21,556 nucleotides of DNA from an uncultured Deinococcaceae bacterium (GCA_964252075.1 CAXULY010000066.1:1-21556); one strand, 5' to 3'; counted from the first letter of the stretch, positions 1 through 9,625 are shown. Numbers and translations: made by a program. Notes: a model not told the origin generated them from the sequence alone.

Positions 1-99
1 CCGCAGGTCGGGCAGCGAGGGGCGGGCGGCGTCGGCCATGCGGATGCCGCCCGCCGCTGTCGCTAACATGGCCGTGAGTTTCACTTCCGGAGGTGCACC

Positions 100-1140
100 T
101 TGAGCAGAGCCACCCGCAGCGCCACAATCAACGATGTCGCCGAGAAGGCCGGGGTGTCCTACCAGACGGTGTCCCGCGTGATCAACAACCACGCCAGCGT
201 CGCGCCCCTCACGCGCGAGCGGGTGCAGCAGGCCATTCAGGACCTCGATTACCGCCCCAGCCTCGTCGCGAAGGGCCTTGTGACGCGCCGCTCGCAACTC
301 ATCGGCCTAATCGCGTACGGCACCGAGCAGTTCGGCCCGGCGCAGATCGTGCAGAGCGTGGAGCACTCCGCGCGCGCGCACGGCTTCGAGACCATGCTCA
401 CCACCCTGCGGGAATTCACGCCCGCCGAGGTGCAAGACGCCGTCGCGCGCCTCGGGCAGTTCGGGGTGGATGGCCTCGCGCTGCTCACGCCGCTCGACAA
501 CACCGAGGTGGCGCGCAGCATCCAGGGCCGCACGCCCTTCATGCTGATCTCCGCCGCGCCCGAGGACATCGGGCCGAGCGTCAGCATCGACCAGTTCGCG
601 GGCGGGCAGCTCGCCACCCGCCACCTGCTGGACCTCGGGCACGAACGCATCCTGCACATTCCCGGCCCGCGCCACTGGAGTGAAGCGGAGCTGCGCCTCG
701 CCGGTCACCGCGAGGCGCTCGCGCAGGCGAACCTGGAGGCGCTGCCGCTGCTGCGCGTGGCGGGCGCCGAGTGGAGCGCCGAGATCGGGTACGCCACCAC
801 CCTGGAGGCCCTCGCGCGCCGCCTGGACTTCACGGCGGTGTTCGCCGCGAACGACCAGATGGCGCTCGGCGCGCTCGCGGCGCTCAAGCGCTCCGGGCGG
901 CGCGTGCCGGACGACGTGTCCGTGGTGGGCTTCGACGCCACCCCGGAATCCGCGTACTACGACCCGCCCCTCACCACCGTGCGGCAGGACTTCGTGCGGC
1001 TCGGCGAGCGCAGCGTGGACCGCCTCGTGCAACTCATCGCGGGCGAGCCGCCCGCGGTGCGTCACGCGGTGGACCAGCCGGAGCTCGTGGTGCGCGCCAC
1101 GACCGGCCCGAAAGCCAGGGCCGCCCGCAAGGCGCGCTGA
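100..1140 (+). CDS. LacI-family transcriptional regulator
   Basis: N-terminal LacI HTH (ATINDVAEKAGVSYQTVSRVIN), YRPS hinge, sugar-binding domain (FAANDQMALG, VPDDVSVVGFD, PPLTTVRQD). TTG start with GGAGGT RBS at 89-94. Confidence 0.95.
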   Translation: MSRATRSATINDVAEKAGVSYQTVSRVINNHASVAPLTRERVQQAIQDLDYRPSLVAKGLVTRRSQLIGLIAYGTEQFGPAQIVQSVEHSARAHGFETMLTTLREFTPAEVQDAVARLGQFGVDGLALLTPLDNTEVARSIQGRTPFMLISAAPEDIGPSVSIDQFAGGQLATRHLLDLGHERILHIPGPRHWSEAELRLAGHREALAQANLEALPLLRVAGAEWSAEIGYATTLEALARRLDFTAVFAANDQMALGALAALKRSGRRVPDDVSVVGFDATPESAYYDPPLTTVRQDFVRLGERSVDRLVQLIAGEPPAVRHAVDQPELVVRATTGPKARAARKAR

Positions 1141-1150
1141 GGAACAGGGA

Positions 1151-1180
1151 AGGGGGCGCGGTCACCGGACCGCGCCCCCT
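1151..1180. terminator. Perfect 13-bp hairpin between convergent genes, probable bidirectional terminator
   Basis: AGGGGGCGCGGTC (1151-1163), loop ACCG, GACCGCGCCCCCT (1168-1180), between the LacI and apgM stops. No strong U tract. Confidence 0.7.
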
Positions 1181-1192
1181 CCCGCGTGGCGT

Positions 1193-2413
1193 TTACGCGC
1201 CGTACTTCTGGAGTTTCAGGGCGTTCGCCAGCAGGAGCGGCATGACCTCCGTGCCGTGACGGCGGCCCAGGCTGCCGCGCAAGGACTCGTCCTCCGTGAA
1301 GCGCTGCGCGAGGTCCTTGCGGCCCCAGTTGCTGCGGATCAGCAGCGGCACCGGGTGCCAGGAGTGCGTGGTGAGCTTGCTGGGCGTGCTGTGGTCGCCC
1401 GTGATGCAGACCACGTCCGGGTTCAGCGCGAGCAGCTGCGGCAGCAGCTCGTCGAACAGCTCAATCTTGTGGACCTTCTCGGGGAAGTCGCCGTCCTCGC
1501 CGGTCGAGTCGGTCTTCTTGATGTGCAGGTAGAAGAAGTCGTACGCGTCCCAGTTCGCCTTGAGGGCCGCGACCTTGCCGTCCAGCGCGTCCTCCTCGCC
1601 CTCCACCTCCAGCACGTCCATGCCGACCAGCGACGCGAGGCCCTTGTACATGGGGTAGCTCGCGATGCACGCCGCCCTCAGCTGGTAGATGTCGTCGAAG
1701 CTCGGGAAGTGCGGCACGTCGCTGTACCCGCGGAACAGCACCCCGTTGATCTGAGGCTCGTCCTTCAGGATGTCCTCCGCGCGCTGCACGAAGGCGTTCA
1801 CGAGCGCCGCGGTGGGCTGACTCGCCTCGTCGTGCGCCTGGGCGGTGAGGGGCGGCACGCCCGTCGCCTGCGGGTCCACGTCGCTGAGGTTCGCGCCGAG
1901 CGGCGCGCCGGGGTTGCGGAACACCACCACGAAGCGGTGCTCGCTCTCCGTGTAGATCTCGACCTTCGTGCCGTTCAGCTCCGTGATGGCGGCGCGCAGC
2001 TTCGCCACCACGCGCTCGTTCTCCTCGTTGCTGGGGCGCCCCGCGCGGCGGTCCTCGATCACGCGGCCCTGGCCGAGCGTCGCGAAGTTCCCGCGCACCG
2101 CCACGTCCCCGTGCCCCAGCTTCACGCCAATCCCGACGGCGCTGAGCGCGCCACGCCCCACCACGAACTTCAGGGGGTCGTACCCGAAGAGGCTCAGGTG
2201 ACCGGGGCCGCTGCCGGGCGTGATGCCCGCGCCCACCAGTTCCACCTGCCCCAGCTGGCTCTGCGCGGCCAGCGCGTCCATGTTCGGCGTCTTGGCGCTC
2301 GCGAGTTCGGTGTCGCCGTTCAGTTCCAGCGGCAGGCCGCCCACGCCGTCCAGCACGACCAGCAGGATCTTGGAGTCGGTCTTCTTCGCCAGCTCTCGGA
2401 TGGTTTCCAGCAT
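1193..2413 (-). CDS. apgM: 2,3-bisphosphoglycerate-independent phosphoglycerate mutase (ApgM type)
   Basis: Alkaline-phosphatase-superfamily motifs [43 protein letters not shown]; 406 aa. Confidence 0.92.
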   Translation of the reverse strand: MLETIRELAKKTDSKILLVVLDGVGGLPLELNGDTELASAKTPNMDALAAQSQLGQVELVGAGITPGSGPGHLSLFGYDPLKFVVGRGALSAVGIGVKLGHGDVAVRGNFATLGQGRVIEDRRAGRPSNEENERVVAKLRAAITELNGTKVEIYTESEHRFVVVFRNPGAPLGANLSDVDPQATGVPPLTAQAHDEASQPTAALVNAFVQRAEDILKDEPQINGVLFRGYSDVPHFPSFDDIYQLRAACIASYPMYKGLASLVGMDVLEVEGEEDALDGKVAALKANWDAYDFFYLHIKKTDSTGEDGDFPEKVHKIELFDELLPQLLALNPDVVCITGDHSTPSKLTTHSWHPVPLLIRSNWGRKDLAQRFTEDESLRGSLGRRHGTEVMPLLLANALKLQKYGA

Positions 2414-2419
2414 ACGGGG

Positions 2420-2425
2420 AGTCTA
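2420..2425 (-). promoter_or_regulatory. -10 box TAGACT, leaderless promoter of apgM
   Basis: Minus strand reads TAGACT-ccccgt-ATG (6-nt gap); no SD sequence. Confidence 0.7.
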
Positions 2426-2447
2426 CGCCGAGTCGGGCGGGGGCCGG

Positions 2448-2963
2448 TCAGGGCGCTTTCAGACAGGGCAGGCTGCGCGCGCGTTGTGCGAGTGCCCCCG
2501 CGCGCGTGTTCATGTCCGCGGACGGCCCCACCCGCGCGATCAGGCACGCGCCCGTGGGCGTGATGCGCGCGACCGCCAGGTACGCCGTGTGGCGCTCCGG
2601 GTGTTCCGGGTCCTCGCTGGCGAGCACGCGCACCACCAGCGCCGAGGGCCGCCCCTGGGTGAGGTGCCACTCGGCGCGGTCGCCCACGAAGGAGAAGGCG
2701 TCCGTGATGAGCGACCAGAAGTTCAGCGGCGCCTGCCGCCCGCCCGGGAAGACCACCGTGACGCTCTGGCGCAGGTCGCCCTCCTCGACCAGCAGCGCGA
2801 AGCCCGCCACGCCCGCGCAGCGCTGCACCGAGGACTCCTCCTGCTCGTTCACGCTGAGGGTGCGGCAGTCCGGCGCGCGCAGGCTGGTGTAGCGCACGTC
2901 CGGCGCGGCGAAGGCCACGCCCGCGAGGGCGGGCAGCAGGCACAGCCAGCGGCGAGGGCTCAT
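2448..2963 (-). CDS. Secreted hypothetical protein (signal peptide, four Cys in the mature part)
   Basis: MSPRRWLCLLPALAGVAFA-APD resembles a Sec signal with an AFA cleavage site; host-like codon use; TACACT 5 nt before the ATG. Confidence 0.8.
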   Translation of the reverse strand: MSPRRWLCLLPALAGVAFAAPDVRYTSLRAPDCRTLSVNEQEESSVQRCAGVAGFALLVEEGDLRQSVTVVFPGGRQAPLNFWSLITDAFSFVGDRAEWHLTQGRPSALVVRVLASEDPEHPERHTAYLAVARITPTGACLIARVGPSADMNTRAGALAQRARSLPCLKAP

Positions 2964-2968
2964 GCGTC

Positions 2969-2988
2969 AGTGTACGTCTGGGTACGAT
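2969..2988. promoter_or_regulatory. Back-to-back -10 boxes: TACACT (minus, 2969-2974) and TACGAT (plus, 2983-2988)
   Basis: Each hexamer sits 5-6 nt upstream of an ATG (2963 minus, 2995 plus). Confidence 0.7.
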
Positions 2989-2994
2989 GGGCGC

Positions 2995-3756
2995 ATGGAC
3001 TACCGCATCAAACTGCAGGAGGAAAGCCACGCGGGCCTGAAGGCCGAGCTGTACGCCATCTGCAAGGTCACCAGCCAGCTGATCCAGCAGCCGGACGTGC
3101 ATTTCCGCGAGGTGTACACCGACACCGGCATGCGGCAGGTGAAGTTCACGCTTACCAACGACAGCGTGACGCTGGAGCCCGGCATCCTGTCGTACGCGCA
3201 CGGCAACCTGACCTTCCAGGTGGTGCAGCAGCAGCAGGGCGGCTTCCTGAGCCGCGCGGCGCGCAGCGCGGGCAGCGGCGAGTCCGCCTTCGGCACGCAG
3301 GTCTCGGGCAGCGGCGAGGTCTGGACGGAACCCACCCGCAAGCACTTCATTTTCGCGACGATGGCGGCGGGCGACAGCATGCTCATCGACGACCGCGCGT
3401 ACTACGCCGCGCAGGGCAGCCTGCGGCTCAGCACGCACACGCACCGCAAGGTGCAGGGCGTGCTGTCCGGCAACGGCCTGATGCAGCCGCGCCTGGACGG
3501 CGAGGGCCTGTTCGTGATCGAGTGCCCCGTCAGCGTGCACGAGGTGGAGGTGCTGGACGTGGGCTCCGGGCAGACCGTCACGCTGGACGGCGACATGATG
3601 CTCATGTACTCCGGCACCATGGAGGTCACGCTGGGGCCGCTGGTGCGTGGGCTGCGCAACGCCGTGCGCAGCGGCGAGGGCCTCGTGTACACCATGCGCG
3701 GGCCGGGGCAGGTGTTCCTGACGCCCACGCACGTCGCGCTGGGCAGCCTCGCCTGA
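2995..3756 (+). CDS. AIM24-family protein
   Basis: LEPGILSY..GNL, RAARSAGSGESAF, GSGEVWTEPT, GNGLMQPRLDGEG, DGDMML, SGEGLVYTMRGPGQVFLTP match the AIM24/DUF124 pattern. Start moved to ATG 2995 because the ORF-track start overlaps the divergent gene and a -10 box precedes 2995. Confidence 0.85.
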   Translation: MDYRIKLQEESHAGLKAELYAICKVTSQLIQQPDVHFREVYTDTGMRQVKFTLTNDSVTLEPGILSYAHGNLTFQVVQQQQGGFLSRAARSAGSGESAFGTQVSGSGEVWTEPTRKHFIFATMAAGDSMLIDDRAYYAAQGSLRLSTHTHRKVQGVLSGNGLMQPRLDGEGLFVIECPVSVHEVEVLDVGSGQTVTLDGDMMLMYSGTMEVTLGPLVRGLRNAVRSGEGLVYTMRGPGQVFLTPTHVALGSLA

Positions 3757-3884
3757 GGCGGGCGGAACCTCGGCGGCAGAAGTGACGTACCGGGCAGTGG
3801 GCCACACCGAGCAGCACGAGAAGCTAAAGGCCACATGAAGACGCCAGGGACATTCGGACAGCCAGGCCCGCCACGCCGCCCTCT

Positions 3885-3935
3885 TACACTGAACGGGCGC
3901 ACACATTCAGCGGGCCGCGCGCGGCCCCAAGGAGG
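3885..3935 (+). promoter_or_regulatory. Candidate ter-operon -10 box (TACACT 3885-3890), GC palindrome (3912-3927) and RBS (AAGGAGG 3929-3935)
   Basis: Motifs read directly; no recognisable -35 element. Confidence 0.5.
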
Positions 3936-3941
3936 AAGCAC

Positions 3942-4517
3942 ATGGCAGTATCACTGAGCAAGGGTGGAAACGTGAGCCTCAGCAAGGAGGCCCCCGGCCT
4001 CAAGAAGATCACGCTCGGCCTCGGCTGGGACGTCCGCAAAACCGACGGCGCCGACTTCGACCTGGACGCCATGGTGTTTCTCGTGAACGACCAGGGCAAA
4101 GTCCGCAGCGACACCGACTTCGTGTTCTTCAACAACAAGTCCAGCGCCGACGGCAGCGTCACGCACGCCGGTGACAACCGCACGGGCGCCGGCGAGGGCG
4201 ACGACGAAACCATCAACATCGACCTCGACAACGTGCCCGCCGACGTGCAGAAGGTCATCGCGGCCGTCGTGATTTACGAGGGCCAGCAGCGCGGCCAGAA
4301 CTTCGGCATGGTGGACAAGGCCTTCATCCGCGTGGTGAACGCCGACGGCGGCACCGAGATCGCCCGCTACGACCTCACCGAGGACGCGGGCGTCGTGACC
4401 GCCATGATCTTCGGCGAGGTGTACCGCAACGCTGGCGAGTGGAAGTTCAAGGCCATCGGCCAGGGCTACAACGAGGGCTTCCAGGCCCTGGTGCGCAGCT
4501 ACGGCGTGAACGCCTGA
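3942..4517 (+). CDS. terD: TerD-family stress protein (TerD/TerE)
   Basis: [58 protein letters not shown]; strong RBS. Confidence 0.95.
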   Translation: MAVSLSKGGNVSLSKEAPGLKKITLGLGWDVRKTDGADFDLDAMVFLVNDQGKVRSDTDFVFFNNKSSADGSVTHAGDNRTGAGEGDDETINIDLDNVPADVQKVIAAVVIYEGQQRGQNFGMVDKAFIRVVNADGGTEIARYDLTEDAGVVTAMIFGEVYRNAGEWKFKAIGQGYNEGFQALVRSYGVNA

Positions 4518-4560
4518 GCGAGGCGCCCGAGTTTCCACCTCACAACCCGTGAAGGCCGGT

Positions 4561-4585
4561 GAGGAGGGCGTCCGCTGCCCTCCTC
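4561..4585 (+). terminator. 9-bp hairpin downstream of the first terD (weak terminator or mRNA stabiliser)
   Basis: GAGGAGGGC, 7-nt loop, GCCCTCCTC; no U tract. Confidence 0.45.
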
Positions 4586-4626
4586 GCGCCGTCTCTCCAC
4601 CCACCCAGCACCCCAGAGGAGAACCC

Positions 4627-5856
4627 ATGCAGTTGCAACGCGGCCAGCGCCTGCCGCTCACCTCGCTCGCGCCGGGCATCAACGCCACCACCCTGGACCT
4701 GCGCTTCACCGTGCGCGGGAGCGCCAGCACCTACGAGACCGCCTGCTTCGCGCTGGACGCCAGCGAACGCCTGCCGGACGAGGCCTTCATCACCTTCGCG
4801 AACCAGCCTGAAGCGCCGGGCGGCGCGGTGCGTTTCGCGCGCCAGGGGCCGGAGGCCATCTTCGGCGTGAACCTCACGCAACTCGACCCGCGCGTGGAGC
4901 GACTGGTGTTCGGCGTGGCCGCTGAGGGCGGCGACCTGCGCGGCGTGACGGAGGGCCGCGTGCGCGTGCTGCTGGGCGGCGAGGAACGCGCCGACTGGAC
5001 CTTCACCGGCGCGGACTTCGCGGCGGAGCGCTCCATCATGGCGGTCGAGGTGTACCGACGGAACGGCGAGTGGCGCCTCGGCGTGATCGCGCAGGGCTTC
5101 GCGGGCGGCCTGGACGCGCTCGTGACGCACTTCGGCGGCGCGCGCATCCCACCGCCCAGACCCACCCCGACCCCCGCACCCCAGCCGGCATCGACGCCCG
5201 GCACGCCCCCCACCGCCCCCCCCTCCACGGTGCGCCTCACCAAGGTCACGCTGGAGAAGGCGGGCGACTCGGCGCGCATCAGCCTGCGCAAGAACGAAGC
5301 GCAGCCCGTCCACGTGAACCTCAACTGGAACCAGCCCGCCCCGGCGCCCGCGCCGCGCGGCTTCCTCGGGAAGCTGCTGGGCTCCGGCGGGAGCGCCGCC
5401 AGCGCGGACCTCGACCTGGGCTGCATGTACGAACTGCAGGACGGCAGCAAGGGCGTCATTCAGGCGCTCGGTGGGAACTTCGGGCGGCGCGACGCCGAGC
5501 CCTTCGTGTACCTCGACCACGACGACCGCAGCGGCGCCAGCCAGGAGGGCGAGAACCTGTACATCGTGCGCCCGGACCTGATCCGGCGCGTGCTGATCTA
5601 CGCCTTCATCTACGAGGGCACCGCGAACTTCCAGGCGGTCGGTGGGCACCTCGTGCTGCGCGACCCGCAGGGCAACGACATCCGCATGAGCCTGTCGAAC
5701 CCCTCCGCGCGGCTGCCCTTCTGCGCGGTGGCGCTGGTGGAGCGCAGCGGCAGCGAGATCGTGGTGCGCAAGGAGGAACGCTACTTCGAGGGGCACGCCG
5801 ACACCGACCAGCACTACGGCTTCGGGTTCAACTGGCGCGCCGCGCGCAAGGACTGA
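4627..5856 (+). CDS. terA: TerA-type fusion: degenerate N-terminal TerD domain, Pro/Thr linker, C-terminal TerA domain
   Basis: N-term FITFANQPEAP, EVYRRNGEWRLGVIAQGFAGGL. C-term DLDLGCMYELQDGSKGVIQALG, LDHDDRSG, GENLYI, VLIYAFIYEG. Start ATG 4627 after AGAGGAG. Confidence 0.85.
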   Translation: MQLQRGQRLPLTSLAPGINATTLDLRFTVRGSASTYETACFALDASERLPDEAFITFANQPEAPGGAVRFARQGPEAIFGVNLTQLDPRVERLVFGVAAEGGDLRGVTEGRVRVLLGGEERADWTFTGADFAAERSIMAVEVYRRNGEWRLGVIAQGFAGGLDALVTHFGGARIPPPRPTPTPAPQPASTPGTPPTAPPSTVRLTKVTLEKAGDSARISLRKNEAQPVHVNLNWNQPAPAPAPRGFLGKLLGSGGSAASADLDLGCMYELQDGSKGVIQALGGNFGRRDAEPFVYLDHDDRSGASQEGENLYIVRPDLIRRVLIYAFIYEGTANFQAVGGHLVLRDPQGNDIRMSLSNPSARLPFCAVALVERSGSEIVVRKEERYFEGHADTDQHYGFGFNWRAARKD

Positions 5857-5863
5857 CGCGGCC

Positions 5864-7153
5864 GTGCAGCACCTGCAGCGTGGCGAGAAACGCAGCCTCA
5901 GCGACCTCGGCGTGACCCTCCCGGCGCAGGTGCGCGTCACGCTGGACCTGCCGGGCGCGGACCTCAGCGTGTTCGGCCTGGACGGCGCGCGCCAGCTCGC
6001 GGACGACCGGTACTTCGTGTTCTACAACCAGCCGCACAGCCCGGCGGGCGAGGTGCGGCTCCAGCCGGACGCGCAGGGCGCCACCTTCACGCTGGACCTC
6101 GCGCGCCTCCCGGAGGGCGTCCAGCGCCTGGTGTTCGTCGCGACGCACGACACGCGGCCCTTCTCGCAACTGGGCCGCCTGCACTGGGTGATTGCCGAGC
6201 AGGCGGACGTGACCCTCACGGGCGCGGACTTCGCGCAGGAGCGCGCCGTGATGATCGCGGAACTCTACCGCCACGCGGGCGGCTGGCGCCTGGGCGCGGT
6301 GGGGCAGGGCTTCGCGGGCGGCCTGCAGGCGCTGCTGGAATCCTTTGGCGGCGAAGTGACGGACGCCCCCCCGCCCCCGCCTCCGCCCAGCGTGAACCTC
6401 CGCAAGGAGGCGCGCGTGCGGCTCGACAAGGACATCGCGCAGCACGCCCCGCAACTCGTGAACCTCATCAAGACCGCCGAGGTGAGCCTCCAGAAGCGCG
6501 GCCTGCAGGACCACACCGCGCGCGTCGCGCTGGTGCTGGACATCAGCGGCAGCATGGGCTTCATGTACCGCTCGGGCCTCGTGCAGCGCCTCACCGAGAA
6601 GGCCCTGGCGCTCGCCTCGCGCTTCGACGACAACGGCGTGATCGACGTGTTCCTGTTCGGGCAGCGCGCGCACGACGTGGGGGAACTCGGCGTGCGCGAC
6701 ATCACGGGCGCCGTGGACCGCCTCATGCAGCAGCACGGCCTGGAGGGCGGCACGCAGTACGGCGCGGCCATCCGCGCGGTCCGCACGCATTACTTCGGCG
6801 CCGCCGACGCGCGCGCGGCGCCGCTCGCGCAGGCCGCGCCGGTGTTCGTGCTGTTCGTGACGGACGGCGAGACGCAGGGCCGTGAGCTGGCCGAGGCGCA
6901 GCTCGCGCAGGCCAGCCGCGAACCGGTCTTCTGGAAGTTCATGGGGCTCGGCCTCGACCGCTTCGAGTTCCTCAAGGCGCTTGGGGACCTGCCGGGCCGC
7001 ACCGTGAACAACACCGACTTCTTCATCGCGAATGACCTTGAAGCCCTCCCGGACGCCGAGTTCTACGATCACCTCACCAGCGCCTACCCGGCGTTCCTGG
7101 AGGCCGCGCGCGCCAGCGCCATGCTGCCCGGCCTCCTACCCGGAACGCGCTGA
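5864..7153 (+). CDS. TerD-domain / vWA-domain fusion (TerF-vWA type)
   Basis: N-term DDRYFVFYNQP, ELYRHAGGWRLGAVGQGFAGGL; poly-Pro linker; vWA MIDAS residues VLDISGSM, GGTQY, FVTDG; PVFWKFMGLG. GTG start. Confidence 0.9.
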   Translation: MQHLQRGEKRSLSDLGVTLPAQVRVTLDLPGADLSVFGLDGARQLADDRYFVFYNQPHSPAGEVRLQPDAQGATFTLDLARLPEGVQRLVFVATHDTRPFSQLGRLHWVIAEQADVTLTGADFAQERAVMIAELYRHAGGWRLGAVGQGFAGGLQALLESFGGEVTDAPPPPPPPSVNLRKEARVRLDKDIAQHAPQLVNLIKTAEVSLQKRGLQDHTARVALVLDISGSMGFMYRSGLVQRLTEKALALASRFDDNGVIDVFLFGQRAHDVGELGVRDITGAVDRLMQQHGLEGGTQYGAAIRAVRTHYFGAADARAAPLAQAAPVFVLFVTDGETQGRELAEAQLAQASREPVFWKFMGLGLDRFEFLKALGDLPGRTVNNTDFFIANDLEALPDAEFYDHLTSAYPAFLEAARASAMLPGLLPGTR

Positions 7154-7176
7154 GCCTCCACCACGTAAGGAGCACC

Positions 7177-7773
7177 ATGGGCATCTCACTCACCAAGCAG
7201 CAGACCATCAGCCTCGAGAAGGCCGGGCAGGGCCTCACGCGCATCTTCATGGGCCTCGGCTGGGACGTCGCGCAACCCAAGAAGCGCGGCTTCCTCGGCC
7301 TGGGCGGGGGCGGCGCGCCCGTCAGCATTGACCTGGACGCCTCCTGCGTGGCCTTCGCGCCCGGCGGGCGGCACCTGGAGACCGTGTACTTCGGTCAGCT
7401 CACCGGCATCGGCGGCGCCGTGAAGCACGGCGGGGACAACCTCACGGGCGCGGGCGACGGCGACGACGAACGCATCTACGTGGACCTGAACCGCGTGCCG
7501 GACGGCGTGCAGACGCTGCTGTTCACCGTGAACTCCTTCCGCGGGCAGACCTTCGATCAGGTCGAGAACGCCTTCTGTCGCGTCGTGGACCTCAGCGGGA
7601 GCGGCGAGGACGAAATCGCGCGCCTGAACCTCAGCGAGCAGGGCAGCCACACCGGCATGGTGATGGTGAAAGTTGCGCGCGGCGGCAGCGGCTGGCAACT
7701 CACCGCGATCGGTGACAAGCTCGACGGGCGCACCGCCAAGGACCTCGTGCCCGCCCTCGGGCGTTACGTCTGA
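7177..7773 (+). CDS. terZ: TerZ-like TerD-family protein
   Basis: [17 protein letters not shown] with a KKRGFLG insert, [50 protein letters not shown]. Confidence 0.85.
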   Translation: MGISLTKQQTISLEKAGQGLTRIFMGLGWDVAQPKKRGFLGLGGGGAPVSIDLDASCVAFAPGGRHLETVYFGQLTGIGGAVKHGGDNLTGAGDGDDERIYVDLNRVPDGVQTLLFTVNSFRGQTFDQVENAFCRVVDLSGSGEDEIARLNLSEQGSHTGMVMVKVARGGSGWQLTAIGDKLDGRTAKDLVPALGRYV

Positions 7774-7831
7774 CGGCGCGCGCGTTACCCTGAACGCAGG
7801 CGCAGACCGCGCCCATCCCAAGGAGCACCGC

Positions 7832-8410
7832 ATGACTGGAATCACCCTCAGCAAAGGTGGCAACCTCTCCCTCACCAAGACCGAGCCGGGCCTCACCCGC
7901 GTCACCGTGGGCCTCGGCTGGGACACCCGCGCCACGGACGGCCAGGACTTCGACCTGGACGCCAGCGCCTTCCTGCTGAACGCCTCCGGGCGTGTGCGCA
8001 GCGACGCGGACTTCATCTTCTACAACCAGCTGAAGAGCGCCGACGGCAGCGTCGAGCACACCGGCGACAACCGCACGGGCGCCGGTGAGGGCGACGACGA
8101 GCAGATCCGCATTGACCTCGGGAAGGTCCCGGCGGACGTGCAGACCGTCGCGATCACCGTCACCATCCACGACGCGGAGGCGCGCCGCCAGTCCTTCGGG
8201 CAGGTCCGCAACGCCTTCGTGCGCATCCTGAACGAGGACACCGGGCGCGAGGTCGTGCGGTACGACCTCGGCGAGGACTTCTCCACCGAGACCGCCGTGA
8301 TCTTCGCGGAGGTGTACCGGCACAATGGCGAGTGGAAGTTCCGCGCCGTCGGTCAGGGTTACGCGGGTGGCCTGCAGGCCCTCGTGCGCAATTACGGCAT
8401 CAACCTCTGA
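7832..8410 (+). CDS. terD: TerD-family stress protein (TerD/TerE)
   Basis: [73 protein letters not shown]. Start ATG 7832 after AAGGAG. Confidence 0.95.
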   Translation: MTGITLSKGGNLSLTKTEPGLTRVTVGLGWDTRATDGQDFDLDASAFLLNASGRVRSDADFIFYNQLKSADGSVEHTGDNRTGAGEGDDEQIRIDLGKVPADVQTVAITVTIHDAEARRQSFGQVRNAFVRILNEDTGREVVRYDLGEDFSTETAVIFAEVYRHNGEWKFRAVGQGYAGGLQALVRNYGINL

Positions 8411-8424
8411 GCCTGTGGGCGGGC

Positions 8425-8459
8425 GCGGGCGGTGACGCCTCGCGCACCGCCCGCTTTTT
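8425..8459 (+). terminator. Intrinsic terminator after the last terD
   Basis: GCGGGCGGTG (8425-8434) pairs with CACCGCCCGC (8445-8454), followed by TTTTT. Confidence 0.8.
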
Positions 8460-8517
8460 CCCCGCTTCCTGAATGCAGGATGAATCGCTGGCCGCGCGGG
8501 GCGGCCCGGAGTCCACC

Positions 8518-9567
8518 TTGAACACCAGAAAAGAATTCGGCTTCGCCATTGGCTTTTCCATCCTGGCCGTGATCGGCGCGGCGCTGTACGGCTTTTTCGA
8601 GCACGGCGCCTCCACCGCCCTGAGTTTCGCCCTGATCGCCGTGATCCTGGGCGTCATGGAACTCTCCCTGAGTTTCGACAACGCCGTTGTGAACGCCAGC
8701 GTGCTGCAGAACATGAACGCCACCTGGCAGCGGCGCTTCCTGACGTGGGGCATCTTCATCGCGGTGTTCGGCATGCGCTTCCTGTTCCCCATCATCATCG
8801 TGGCGGTCGTGGCGGGCCTGGGCTTCTTCGAGGTGGCGCAGCTCGCCTTCACGAACCCCGAGGCGTACGCGCGCGCGCTGGAGCAGGCGCACGTGCCCAT
8901 CAACGCCTTCGGCGGGTGCTTCCTGCTGCTGGTGTTCCTGAAGTACCTCATCGACCCGGAGAAGGACACGCACTGGCTGGTGCCCATCGAGCGGGGCCTT
9001 GCGCGCATCGGGCGGCTCGACACCATCCAGGTGTTCATCACGGGCGTGGTGCTGCTGCTCGGCGTGCACTTCCTGGTGGACCGCCCCGAGCAGTTCACGG
9101 CCCTCATGGCGGGCCTCATCGGCATCCTGGTGTATGTCCTGATGGACGCGCTCGGCGGCCTCTTCGACGTGGACAACCTCGCCGAGCAGGCGGGCCGCGC
9201 GGGCCTCGTGAGCTTCCTGTACCTGGAGATCCTGGACGCCAGCTTCTCGCTGGACGGCGTGATCGGCGCCTTCGCCATCACGCAGGAGATCGTGGTGATC
9301 GCCGCGGGCCTCTCCATCGGCGCGGTGTTCGTGCGCTCCATCACCCTGATGCTCGTGCACCAGGGCACCCTGCAGGCGTACCGGTACCTGGAGCACGGCG
9401 CGCACTACGGCATCGGCGCGCTCGCCGTCATCATGCTGCTCAGCATGAACCGCAACGTGCACATCCCGGAACTCGTGACGGGCCTCATCGGCGTGGCGTT
9501 CATCGCGCTCGCCATCTGGTCGAGCCTCGTGCAGAACCGCCGCGAGGCGCAGGCCCTCAAGAACTAG
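8518..9567 (+). CDS. DUF475 (TerC-related) integral membrane protein
   Basis: ELSLSFDNAVVNA, WQRRFLTWGIFIAVFGMR, FLYLEILDASFSLDGVIGAFAIT, YLEHGAHY; many TM segments. TTG 8518 chosen for the GGAG RBS; ATG 8473 is the alternative. Confidence 0.9.
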   Translation: MNTRKEFGFAIGFSILAVIGAALYGFFEHGASTALSFALIAVILGVMELSLSFDNAVVNASVLQNMNATWQRRFLTWGIFIAVFGMRFLFPIIIVAVVAGLGFFEVAQLAFTNPEAYARALEQAHVPINAFGGCFLLLVFLKYLIDPEKDTHWLVPIERGLARIGRLDTIQVFITGVVLLLGVHFLVDRPEQFTALMAGLIGILVYVLMDALGGLFDVDNLAEQAGRAGLVSFLYLEILDASFSLDGVIGAFAITQEIVVIAAGLSIGAVFVRSITLMLVHQGTLQAYRYLEHGAHYGIGALAVIMLLSMNRNVHIPELVTGLIGVAFIALAIWSSLVQNRREAQALKN

Positions 9568-9625
9568 CGCGGGCCACCCAGGGGCGGGCAACCCACGCGG
9601 GTGCCCGCCCCTTACCATGAAGCGG

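Noticed and set aside
1..39. Possible start of a minus-strand gene (MADAARPSLPDLR...) running off the left edge
   Set aside because: Only 13 codons are visible, with no clear RBS or -10; it cannot be supported.
58..84. CGCTAACA (LacI-operator-like half site) and GTGA-gtt-TCAC upstream of lacI
   Set aside because: Only a half site and a 4-bp inverted repeat; too weak to call.
5146..5226. C-rich low-complexity tract (a similar one at ~6365-6390)
   Set aside because: Encodes Pro/Thr-rich interdomain linkers in frame; not a phase-variable repeat.
4143..8100. Near-identical DNA stretches in terD paralogues (e.g. GACAACCGCACGGGCGCCGGYGAGGGCGACGACGA)
   Set aside because: Explained by conserved protein motifs in paralogues; not a CRISPR array, DGR template/variable pair or mobile repeat.
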